NCBI GenBank assembly: GCA_963665715.2 | Contig: CAXXPR010000002.1 | Location: 1,670,516-1,710,515 of the forward strand | Direction: 5' to 3' | DNA: 40,000 nt | Source: Desulfatiglandales bacterium | Lineage (GTDB): Bacteria > Desulfobacterota > DSM-4660 > Desulfatiglandales > HGW-15 | Shown: piece after piece, positions 17,608 to 25,462 of the stretch | Position numbering within the stretch: position 1 is the stretch's first letter | Layout of the letters: each line of letters begins with the position of its first letter | Notes under the pieces: model-generated | What the model was told of the DNA's origin: nothing | The model's input: only the letters and a program-made list of their open reading frames with translations | Database searches by the model: none | Translations under genes and position numbers: made by a program

Positions 17608-19717
17608 GTGTGCCGGGCTGGTCCGGCTGCTAATTGGTGATGCGGAGATATTTATGACACAAATACTCTGCAAAGTCCATATCCAGGCTGACGGAGCCGA
17701 AGGATAGTCGGAGGCAAGGGTGTTCCAGTAATGTGCGCCTGAAGGAAGCCTAAGACAAAAGCGTGGGTTGACGTACAGGTATGCCCCGTACCTATGAGGT
17801 AGAGGGCAGGCAGATTTGAGGCCGGGTGAAGCCGGGACGAGTCCGCAACACAGGACAAAGTCCTATATCCGTTACATGGCTGAGCCAGGTATATCTGACA
17901 ATCGTGCGCTGAAAGTAGCCGAGGCTTACCCCGGGAGGTCCGCTGTGTCTCAAAGGGTCTATCGCTGTAAGCTACCGGAATATTGGGGAAACCGGTAAAA
18001 AAAAAAATCCCGGCATCAAATGACCGGGCGTCCCGGTCAATGATGAGCCTGTTCTTAAGAGCGGGGCAAACAAACAGAGGGCGCAGGCGGTAGAAACCGG
18101 CGAGTGATCAAACCGCAAGGGGAGATTATCGCACAGCGGAAGTCAGCAGAGGGCATAATAGTTCCCGAGTACAGTCGGTACTAAGGAATAAGGCCCGAAC
18201 GGTGCCACCTATCGAATGGTAGGGGTAAATGAGAGCGGTTATTAGGAGACGAGTCTAATGAAATCATTGCGGCAGTGGAAACAACTTGAGTTGTACTCTA
18301 TAGATCCCGAGCCCAGGGCTAAGACGGATACGAGTTCCGAAGATTTTATTGCGTCACGTTTATCTGAAAGCCCGACAGGTCAGATCCGGCTCATGGAGTC
18401 AATCTGTGAGCGGAACAACATGAGACGCGCTATCAAGCGGGTTATTAAGAACAAGGGAGCCCCCGGTGTGGATGGTATGACTGTCCGAAAGATAGAGAAG
18501 TATTACAATAGGCACCGGGATAAAATTGAAAAGGCATTACTTGAGGGAACCTACATGCCGACCCCGGTACTGCAGAAGGAGATACCCAAACCAAATGGCG
18601 GTGTCCGCCTTCTGGGAATACCAATAGTGCTGGACAGAGTAATACAACAGGCTGTAGCCCAGATTCTGACAAGTGTCTGGGATCATACCTTTTCAGAGAA
18701 CAGCTTTGGCTTCCGGCCTAAACGGTCCCAGCATGGCGCTATGCGCAGGTACAGGGAGTTCGTGAAGGCTGGAGGAAAATATGTGATAGACATTGATCTA
18801 TCCAAATTCTTCGACCGGGTAAACCATGATCGTTTATTAGCAAGGTTATCCACCCGGATAAAGGATAAGAGGGTACTAAAGCTGATTCGCAGGTTTCTTA
18901 CATCCGGAGTAATGATAGATGGAATGGAAGAACCAACAGAAGAGGGAACACCTCAGGGAGGGCCGTTATCTCCTTTACTGAGTAATATCGTTCTTGATGA
19001 ACTGGATAAAGAGCTTGAAAAGCGTAGTCTTCGCTTTGTCCGATATGCTGATGACTGTGTCATATTTGTCAAAAGCAGAAAGGCGGCGAATCGAGTAATG
19101 AGCAGTATAAGCCTGTTTATAGAAAATAAACTCAGGCTTAAGGTGAACAGGGAAAAGAGCAGCATTACACTTCCATGGAAAAGTAAATATTTGGGGTTTT
19201 GTGTGACCAACTCGAAAGAGAATCCTAAAATCCGAATTCACTGGAAGTCTATTAAGCGGTTTAAAGAAAGGGTAAGAGAAATAACCTCCAGACGCCGTGG
19301 TAGAAGTATTAAACAGGTGATCTGGGAGTTAAAAGTCTATATGAACGGCTGGTGGAATTATTATGGTTTAACCGAATCCTACAACCGTTTGAAACCCCTT
19401 GACCACTGGATAAGACGACGCCTGAGGGCTATTATCTGGAAACACTGGAAGAACCGCAGAACCCGTGTCAGTGAACTCCTTAAAAGAGGAGTTCGCAAAG
19501 AAGAAGCTGTTACTACCGGGTGTGCTCGAAAGGGGCCATGGAGAATGAGCCGAGTCTTATGGGTTCAAATGGCCCTTCCTGATAAATACTTCTCATCACT
19601 TGGGCTTGTGTTCCCATGGAACTGAATACTGCCTTGGATCAGCCGAACCGCGCATTACGGACCCGTATGATGCGTGGTGTGGGAGGGGGTAGCTGTGAGG
19701 CTACTCCCTATCCCGAT
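17608..19717 (+). mobile_element. Group II intron, class C (IIC-attC type), full-length copy 2
   Basis: All ORF translations are identical to copy 1, and the coordinate offset is constant except for one extra A in a poly-A run (A11 at 17997-18007 versus A10 at 6766-6775). Same 5' exon heptamer aaatgtt. Confidence 0.9.
18258..19625 (+). CDS. Group II intron-encoded reverse transcriptase/maturase (identical to 7026-8393)
   Basis: The 455-aa translation is identical to copy 1. Confidence 0.95.
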   Translation: MKSLRQWKQLELYSIDPEPRAKTDTSSEDFIASRLSESPTGQIRLMESICERNNMRRAIKRVIKNKGAPGVDGMTVRKIEKYYNRHRDKIEKALLEGTYMPTPVLQKEIPKPNGGVRLLGIPIVLDRVIQQAVAQILTSVWDHTFSENSFGFRPKRSQHGAMRRYREFVKAGGKYVIDIDLSKFFDRVNHDRLLARLSTRIKDKRVLKLIRRFLTSGVMIDGMEEPTEEGTPQGGPLSPLLSNIVLDELDKELEKRSLRFVRYADDCVIFVKSRKAANRVMSSISLFIENKLRLKVNREKSSITLPWKSKYLGFCVTNSKENPKIRIHWKSIKRFKERVREITSRRRGRSIKQVIWELKVYMNGWWNYYGLTESYNRLKPLDHWIRRRLRAIIWKHWKNRRTRVSELLKRGVRKEEAVTTGCARKGPWRMSRVLWVQMALPDKYFSSLGLVFPWN

Positions 19718-20003
19718 ATTTTCGTCTTTTCGTCTTTTTATTGTATTTTGATATTAAATAATTTTCTCTGAGTTTAATGAATATTTTAACAACAAAACCG
19801 ATAATTGAAACAATGAACATGATACAAACAGTTATTAAAACTCCGATATAATTCATTTCAACGCCATGGCCTGTTTTATAATAATCTAAGCCGTGACCAG
19901 TTATTACTTTATGAATGAGTAACAAAACGAAACCTAGAAACCCAATGGTAATTGAGCATCCAAAAATTACACTGAAGAATTTATTTAGTTTACCTTTTGC
20001 CAT
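19701..20003 (-). CDS. Cassette ORF: small membrane protein; C-terminus altered by intron insertion
   Basis: Two hydrophobic helices and a basic tail. The last 5 codons plus the stop (YRDRE*) are encoded by the reverse complement of the intron 3' end. Without the intron the frame would stop at T|AA within the core. Confidence 0.55.
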   Translation of the reverse strand: MAKGKLNKFFSVIFGCSITIGFLGFVLLLIHKVITGHGLDYYKTGHGVEMNYIGVLITVCIMFIVSIIGFVVKIFIKLRENYLISKYNKKTKRRKYRDRE

Positions 20004-20016
20004 TTATCCATTCGAA

Positions 20017-20146
20017 AAATAACGTTTGCGATAAGGAGTTTGCGGGTTAATGGTGCCGATGAACGATTAAGTAAAAAGCGCCTTAAAGCTGTTGAATTCC
20101 AATCGGCAAGAAAAACCAGCAAATCCCCTTGATTGCTTTGTTAGCA
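20017..20146 (-). other. attC (long class)
   Basis: Bounded by aaataac and gttagca. Close paralogue of 14348-14477. Confidence 0.7.
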
Positions 20147-20154
20147 TTAAATGA

Positions 20155-20454
20155 CTATTCTACTGAACATATGAACTCAAACTCGATATCAGGATATTCA
20201 GCCAACAAACTAAACATTGAATCAAATTCCTGTTTATGTTCATTATTATGCGAGCGCCATATGGCATTGGTATCTCCAAGTTTTAGAGTAACCGCACTTG
20301 CCAATTGAATTGATATTAAATTATTTCCGTTCGCATTAGAAAATATTTGATTTAAATTATCTGAAGAGCTTTTAATTGCTATCTGTTCCTGATTAATTGC
20401 CATTTTCATTTGAGCAATGACCTTCGATGTAACTTTTAAAAAAACTGTTTCCAT
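20155..20454 (-). CDS. Cassette ORF, hypothetical (99 aa)
   Basis: GTTAGCATCCGAAAGGAACTATATTAATG (core plus SD) at the start; the stop is 8 nt before the attC core. No family recognised. Confidence 0.5.
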   Translation of the reverse strand: METVFLKVTSKVIAQMKMAINQEQIAIKSSSDNLNQIFSNANGNNLISIQLASAVTLKLGDTNAIWRSHNNEHKQEFDSMFSLLAEYPDIEFEFICSVE

Positions 20455-20474
20455 TAATATAGTTCCTTTCGGAT

Positions 20475-20545
20475 GCTAACGGTGAGGATGACCGGCGAAC
20501 GGGTTAAAAAAGAAAAAAGGTGTTGCACCCCAGTGGCCGTTATCC
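20475..20545 (-). other. Possible attC or attC fragment at the IS91-like element boundary
   Basis: gctaac...gttatcc cores at the right spacing, but by eye the arms pair poorly. The site may be disrupted by the adjacent IS91-like element. Confidence 0.3.
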
Positions 20546-20802
20546 CACATTAAATTGTTTGCCTCCATAGTCCAGTTCGACCGGTCCATCCATTTGTTGG
20601 ACGGCACTCTTGGTACTATGGATTTTTCTGACACCCTATTTTTGTGCCCCTACAATTAGAAAACTACACTTCTGAACAATGATTCCGAAGATACAAGGGG
20701 TTGTGATCCTAAAATGTACATTGAATACGTTTGAAAATGGTTGTTATTTTGGCTTAAAGGTATACTTCACCATAGAAGCTATATATTATCATTTAAATTT
20801 TA

Positions 20803-21993
20803 TCAAGCAGCCATCCTAAGAGGTGGTGGCTTGGCGTATCTTATTACCTTTTCTGTTACAAGCAGTGATCCGCATTCAGGACAAAAGATCCCTTCCCATT
20901 CCGGAAACATACTTTGCAAAAGTTCCTGTGCATGGGGTAGATCAGTGAGCGGTTCATATGGCTTCTGGCCCAGTTGTAAACGGGCTGTGTTAAGCTTTTT
21001 AATACAGTTGGGATGAAACAGCCCGTATGCTCGAACCATATGTGTCCCTTTTTCCGGAACATGATTCAGTATCCTGTGTATGAATGTCCCGGCATTAAGA
21101 ACAAAGCTCCGCTTCTCATGTTTATCACGATGGGCATATGCTATTCTTATGTTTTCCCCATCGTATGACATGATCCGCTTTTCGGAGATCGGACCTCTTC
21201 TGATATACCTTCCGACATACTTGAATACGCCATTGGAGTGTTCATAGGGCGGTTCTACCCTCACATTCCATTTCTTTCTGCCAAGTTTGTTCAGGAGATT
21301 AAGACACTGCTGTTTGCTCTTATCCGGTGGAATAGTAAAAACCTTGTTATCCGGCTTTTGATTTCCTGTTTTCGTTAAGCTGTTAAAAGCTTCACGAAGA
21401 TAGGCAAGGAACTTGCCTTTGAACTTTGCTGACAATACCCGGCTTGGTATAAGAAATCCATCGTCCACGCTTTTCCATTTGCCGTCAGCTCCTAAACCTC
21501 CGCCTGTTACAACAAAGTGCAGGTGACAGTGATTCTGCATCTCATCGCCCCAGCTCTGGAATACCCCGATAACTCCGGGATAGCCTCCCAGCCATCTGGC
21601 ATCTCCAAGCAGTTCCCTTAACGCATGCCAGGCTGCCATAAACATGATGTTTGTAAACAGCTTCCGATTATACAGCCATATGAAATGAAGGTCATGGCTT
21701 ATTGTAAATGTAACGTGATGGTATTTGCAGTTAAGGGCTTGTTTCTTGCGACGCTGCAGCCAGACCTCGGTTTCTGTAGAACCGCACTGGGGACAGCTTC
21801 TGTGTTTGCATGAGTTGTTGAGGATGATGCTGTAATGCCCCTTGGGGCATTTATCAATATGGTAGCCCTGTGCTCGGGTGCGACAGGTCATTATGTTCCA
21901 TGATGCCTTCCTCTCCCGCTCACTCAATTTATGATGCTTGCGGTAGGCTTCATAATGGTCATTAAATATCTTCTGAACTATCCCCGCTTTCAT
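20803..21993 (-). CDS. IS91-family (HUH/Y2 rolling-circle) transposase
   Basis: N-terminal Zn-binding Cys cluster (CKHRSCPQCG), HUH-like HCHLHFVVTGGG, and a double-Tyr motif FKYVGRYIRRGPISEKRI typical of IS91/ISCR transposases. Confidence 0.85.
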   Translation of the reverse strand: MKAGIVQKIFNDHYEAYRKHHKLSERERKASWNIMTCRTRAQGYHIDKCPKGHYSIILNNSCKHRSCPQCGSTETEVWLQRRKKQALNCKYHHVTFTISHDLHFIWLYNRKLFTNIMFMAAWHALRELLGDARWLGGYPGVIGVFQSWGDEMQNHCHLHFVVTGGGLGADGKWKSVDDGFLIPSRVLSAKFKGKFLAYLREAFNSLTKTGNQKPDNKVFTIPPDKSKQQCLNLLNKLGRKKWNVRVEPPYEHSNGVFKYVGRYIRRGPISEKRIMSYDGENIRIAYAHRDKHEKRSFVLNAGTFIHRILNHVPEKGTHMVRAYGLFHPNCIKKLNTARLQLGQKPYEPLTDLPHAQELLQSMFPEWEGIFCPECGSLLVTEKVIRYAKPPPLRMAA

Positions 21994-22201
21994 CAGATAA
22001 TGGTCCTGTCTTGATATCAGCCTTTATATCATTCAATAACTCTTCCGCTCTTTCCTCGCCAAACTCTTCAACCATCTGATCCCATATCTCAGACTTCTGA
22101 AGTTCCTTACGAAAGTTAACTGCAAATCTACTGCTGAACTCATCTTCAAAACTTCTTTGTTTCTTAACTTTGCGCCCCTTCAGTCGTTTGCCTTTACCCA
22201 C
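21962..22201 (-). CDS. Small basic/acidic ORF upstream of and overlapping the IS91-family transposase
   Basis: 79 aa with a GTG start, co-oriented with tnpA and overlapping its start by 32 nt. No family recognised; may be an accessory ORF or non-coding. Confidence 0.3.
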   Translation of the reverse strand: MGKGKRLKGRKVKKQRSFEDEFSSRFAVNFRKELQKSEIWDQMVEEFGEERAEELLNDIKADIKTGPLSDESGDSSEDI

Positions 22202-22671
22202 GATCTCTCAACCTTCTTCCTGTTTTTTCAAAAACATTAGTCCAACGTAAACATTACAGGCCGTGCGGTGTAAACCTACTTGCCATATTAAATGTGCTGA
22301 GGTTTGAACTTGGCAGATATTTAAAAAAGCGGAAAAAAATAGCACGGTCCTTGTAGATGTACTTGTTGGCAGTGTTCAACCAACCTGTATAGTTTGTTTT
22401 TAACTGCTTACTTCCTGATCATTGTCTTTTAATGCTTTTTTGTTTTTTTAAATGATTTGATGCATTTAAATATTATGTCTTTTTGATTTTTCTTTTTTAT
22501 GCTTTTTCAATTTTAATTTCAAAAGAATTTCCGGGGAGCAAAAGACTTCCGGATAAAAATAGAGACATTTCTTATTCAATAATTTAAATATTCAATTCTC
22601 ACGCCTTTGAGTTACATGTTTTGCAACATCACTTCCGATTTCACCGGGATATTTTTTATGCACTATTAAAC

Positions 22672-22738
22672 TGCCAACGACACGATAACCGGCCGGGCGG
22701 CGTTTTATCGCCCGGTCGGGTTTATTGATTGGTTGTGT
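22672..22738 (-). other. attC (short class)
   Basis: Bounded by tgccaac and gttgtgt, with internal palindrome ataaccggccgggcg / cgcccggtcgggtttat. Overlaps the 3' end of ORF 22705-23049. Confidence 0.55.
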
Positions 22739-23049
22739 GTTTTTTTTCCTTTGTCCGAAGGGTCCAAATGCAAACCACATTTTGGACAGTTACCTCCAAC
22801 AATAGGAGTTCCCCAAGAGGAACACCTTGGACATTTCTTTAATAATGCGACGTTTAATCCTAAATAGATTGTTACCACGAATAATAAAAGCAATAATGCT
22901 ATACCTAATATTAGATTATGATCTGAAATGATTTTTACTATTAAACTAAAGCCACCAAGACAAAGAACATAAAACGGAAGATGCTTATAAAATTTACCCA
23001 TTTCCTGAAGTCTTTTTCTCTCTTCATCATTTGGAATGTTTGTGTTCAT
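22705..23049 (-). CDS. Cassette ORF: membrane protein with C-terminal zinc ribbon (114 aa)
   Basis: Two hydrophobic helices followed by CPRCSSWG...CPKCG. Confidence 0.55.
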   Translation of the reverse strand: MNTNIPNDEERKRLQEMGKFYKHLPFYVLCLGGFSLIVKIISDHNLILGIALLLLLFVVTIYLGLNVALLKKCPRCSSWGTPIVGGNCPKCGLHLDPSDKGKKTHNQSINPTGR

Positions 23050-23098
23050 GACTTTTTCCTACATGTGAGTTCTATAGTTTCCTTACTTTTCAATTCAC

Positions 23099-23165
23099 AC
23101 ACAACGCGCTGCATAAGCTGTTTGGCAAGCTTTTCGCCAAATCCGACTTGATGCTGATGTTAGCG
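23099..23165 (-). other. attC (short class, intact)
   Basis: acacaacgcgctgcataagctgtttggcaagcttttcgccaaatccgacttgatgctgatgttagcg, with central palindrome tttggc..gccaaa. The stop of ORF 23160-23525 lies in the GCTAAC core. Confidence 0.7.
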
Positions 23166-23525
23166 TTTCCACCTTGGTAGTTTAAAATACCGCAACATCC
23201 CCATTAATAATTGATGGGGCCAGACTGTTTTATAGTTTTTTATATGTTCTACTACTTCCTCAAAAATTGATTCTGGTACATCGGGTGAGTTTGCCGATAT
23301 CCATAAAAAAGCGAAAGGACTTGTTATAATAAATGGATGTTCCTTGTACAAAAATTCTATTTGAACATCATCTGTCATTGCTGAAGATGCTTTTGATAAA
23401 ACTTTAATCTCTTCAAGTCTTTCAAGATGAGTTAAAATCATTGTTGCGTCCGGCCAATAACCTTGTAGTTCAATGCAATATGGTTCTTCTTTTGTACCAC
23501 CGAGTCTTTTGAATTTTATTGCCAT
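23160..23525 (-). CDS. First cassette ORF, hypothetical (121 aa)
   Basis: ATG at 23525 after GTTAGCGTTGTAGGAAATATG. The track start at 23642 reads through the candidate attI. No family recognised. Confidence 0.55.
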   Translation of the reverse strand: MAIKFKRLGGTKEEPYCIELQGYWPDATMILTHLERLEEIKVLSKASSAMTDDVQIEFLYKEHPFIITSPFAFLWISANSPDVPESIFEEVVEHIKNYKTVWPHQLLMGMLRYFKLPRWKR

Positions 23526-23536
23526 ATTTCCTACAA

Positions 23537-23660
23537 CGCTAACATATAGTAGGTTGCCGAAAAGCCGTGTTATTTCACGGCTAATACGTAATACTAAATT
23601 TTTTATACTGCTTATTAGTCGTCTAAACCGCAAATATGTCATATTAGACGACTTTTTAGT
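23537..23660 (-). other. Candidate attI region
   Basis: A GTTAGC core (reverse complement of 23537-23542) sits at the junction with cassette 1, between the array and intI. Contains inverted repeats agccgtg/cacggct (about 23562-23582) and agtcgtcta/tagacgact (23617-23653). Boundaries are inferred. Confidence 0.4.
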
Positions 23661-23692
23661 TTGCTAATTATTTTATTTTTAGTATCATCGGT

Positions 23693-23710
23693 GTGAACAA
23701 ATGATCACAG
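23693..23710. promoter_or_regulatory. Palindromic candidate operator upstream of intI (TGTGAACAAATGATCACA)
   Basis: TGTGA-N8-TCACA dyad containing GAAC-N4-GATC, one mismatch from the Cheo-type LexA box GAAC-N4-GTTC. Lies 94 nt upstream of the intI ATG. Function is inferred only. Confidence 0.3.
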
Positions 23711-23803
23711 TAAAGATTTGTATTAATTCTTTCTTTTTAGCTTCAATTTGGAATGTTGTCAAATAAATATTACTAAATTAAAATTAAAAGGAGATGTTAA
23801 GCA

Positions 23804-24835
23804 ATGGAAGAATTAACTGATAATAATAAAGGTATAAAAGAAAATAAAAAGAATAATATCGCCAACAATAAGGCTCCCAGATTATTAAACCAGGTCCAGA
23901 ACAGGATTAGAGCTAAGCATTACAGTATTCGTACTGAACAGGCTTATCTTGACTGGATAAAAAGGTTTATCCTTTATCATGGAAAGCGACACCCTGCCGA
24001 TATGGGTGACGTAGAGATCTGTGATTATTTAACACACCTTGCAGTGAATAGAAAAGTGGCTTCCTCCACTCAAAACCAGGCTTTGAGTGCTATTCTTTTT
24101 ATGTATAGAGAAATTATCAAGAAAGACCTGGAAGAATTTGATGATCTTATCAGGGCAAAGCGGCCATCACATTTGCCGGTGGTTTTTACTCCCGAAGAAA
24201 CCAGGAAGATACTTGTTCAACTGGAAGGTACAAACTGGCTGATGGGGCATCTGCTTTATGGTTCCGGCCTGAGAGTAATGGAATGTACCCGGCTTAGAGT
24301 CAAGGATATTGATTTTGAATATAAGCAGATAGTTGTAAGAGACGGTAAAGGTAATGTTGATCGTGTAACCATGCTTCCCAGGATAATTATTGAAAACCTT
24401 AAGACCCACCTGGAAAAAATAAAAATACAGCACAAGAGCGATCTCGATGAAGGGTTTGGGACAGTTTATTTACCCTATGCTCTTGATAAAAAGTATCGCA
24501 ATGCCAATAGAAGCTGGATATGGCAGTATGTATTTCCTGCTGCCAGACGTTCGGTTGACCCCAGATCGGGTGTTGAACAGAGACATCATATTTCTGAAAC
24601 TGTTATCCAGCGGGCTGTGAAAAAGGCTATTCGTAATGCAGGGATTACCAAGGCAGGGTCCTGTCATTCATTAAGGCATAGTTTTGCAACTCATTTACTT
24701 GAAGACGGGTATGATATACGAACAGTTCAGGAGCTGCTTGGACATAAGGACGTAAGAACTACCCAGATATACACTCATGTTCTCAGCAGGGGAGGAAAGG
24801 GCGTAAAAAGTCCCGGAGACAAGCTTTTTGAATAG
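23804..24835 (+). CDS. intI: Integron integrase (tyrosine recombinase IntI)
   Basis: [25 protein letters not shown]-terminus. Catalytic GLRVMEC (R), [10 protein letters not shown] (H-x-x-R), [13 protein letters not shown] (Y). The IntI-specific insertion [38 protein letters not shown] is present. Confidence 0.92.
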   Translation: MEELTDNNKGIKENKKNNIANNKAPRLLNQVQNRIRAKHYSIRTEQAYLDWIKRFILYHGKRHPADMGDVEICDYLTHLAVNRKVASSTQNQALSAILFMYREIIKKDLEEFDDLIRAKRPSHLPVVFTPEETRKILVQLEGTNWLMGHLLYGSGLRVMECTRLRVKDIDFEYKQIVVRDGKGNVDRVTMLPRIIIENLKTHLEKIKIQHKSDLDEGFGTVYLPYALDKKYRNANRSWIWQYVFPAARRSVDPRSGVEQRHHISETVIQRAVKKAIRNAGITKAGSCHSLRHSFATHLLEDGYDIRTVQELLGHKDVRTTQIYTHVLSRGGKGVKSPGDKLFE

Positions 24836-24846
24836 GAGATATTATT

Positions 24847-25458
24847 TTGGAACTGACAAAAAGACAGAGAGAGGTACTCGAATATATTAACAGCCATCAG
24901 GAGAAAATGGGCATTACACCCACTGTACGTGAAATATGCGATCATTTTGGAGTTAGCGCCCCTGCAGGGATACATCGCATACTCCATGTCCTGATAGATA
25001 AAGGTTATTTGATTGCTGCAAAAGGTAAAAAGAGGGCATGGCGCATACCCGGAGGCTCAATAAAGAAAACAATTCCCATCCTTGGTCAAATTGCCGCAGG
25101 GGCGCCAATAATGGCGGTTGAGAATCGTGATGATGAATTGGCTGTTGACCCATCAACATTTGGGGCGGAATCATGTTTTGCTCTTCGTGTAAAAGGGGAT
25201 TCAATGATTGATGCCCATATCAAAGACGGTGATATTGCGATTATTCAGGAGCAGGCATGTGTGGAAAATGGACAGATTGCTGCGGTAATGATTGAAGATA
25301 TACTTGATGAGGCGACACTTAAAATATTTAACAAGAGTAAAAGCCTTACTAAATTAATCCCGGCCAATAAGGCATATGCCCCGATTGTTTTAAAGGGGGC
25401 TCAACAGGAAAAAATAAATATTCTAGGGAAGTTGATTGGCGTTGTAAGAAAAGTTTAA
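24847..25458 (+). CDS. lexA: LexA-family repressor (S24 autopeptidase)
   Basis: N-terminal wHTH (LTKRQREVLEYI...TVREI), Ala-Gly cleavage site (GQIAAGAP), Ser in VKGDSM and Lys in EATLKIF. TTG start 8 nt after an AGGAG that overlaps the intI stop codon. Confidence 0.88.
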   Translation: MELTKRQREVLEYINSHQEKMGITPTVREICDHFGVSAPAGIHRILHVLIDKGYLIAAKGKKRAWRIPGGSIKKTIPILGQIAAGAPIMAVENRDDELAVDPSTFGAESCFALRVKGDSMIDAHIKDGDIAIIQEQACVENGQIAAVMIEDILDEATLKIFNKSKSLTKLIPANKAYAPIVLKGAQQEKINILGKLIGVVRKV

Positions 25459-25462
25459 CTGG

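Larger units (their letters stand above)
5890..24835 (-). mobile_element. Chromosomal integron: intI, candidate attI and about 14 cassettes (cassettes read on the minus strand)
   Basis: An IntI-type recombinase lies divergent from an array of small co-oriented ORFs. Each ORF is preceded by a GTTAGC/GTTRRRY core plus SD and followed by an imperfect palindrome starting with RYYYAAC. The array is visibly more AT-rich than the flanks. Confidence 0.85.

Noticed and set aside
22592-22780. 62-aa minus-strand ORF
   Set aside because: It overlaps the attC at 22672-22738 and the 3' end of ORF 22705-23049 in another frame, and has no start context.
23526-23642. N-terminal extensions of cassette ORFs given by the ORF track (23160-23642, 12075-13121, 13749-14453, 17233-17508, 10354-11946)
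   Set aside because: The extensions read through attC/attI sequence. Internal ATGs preceded by a GTTRRRY core and an SD-like purine run give starts consistent with cassette architecture.
23693-23710. Reading the dyad TGTGA-N8-TCACA as a CRP/FNR-type site
   Set aside because: CRP-type sites have N6 spacing, whereas this one is N8. The embedded GAAC-N4-GATC and the adjacent lexA make a LexA-type operator the more economical hypothesis, though still unproven.
23756-23784. Sigma-70-like promoter TTGTCA-N17-TAAAAT upstream of intI
   Set aside because: The -10 element ends only about 3 nt before the SD, leaving almost no leader. In this very AT-rich spacer such matches are expected by chance.
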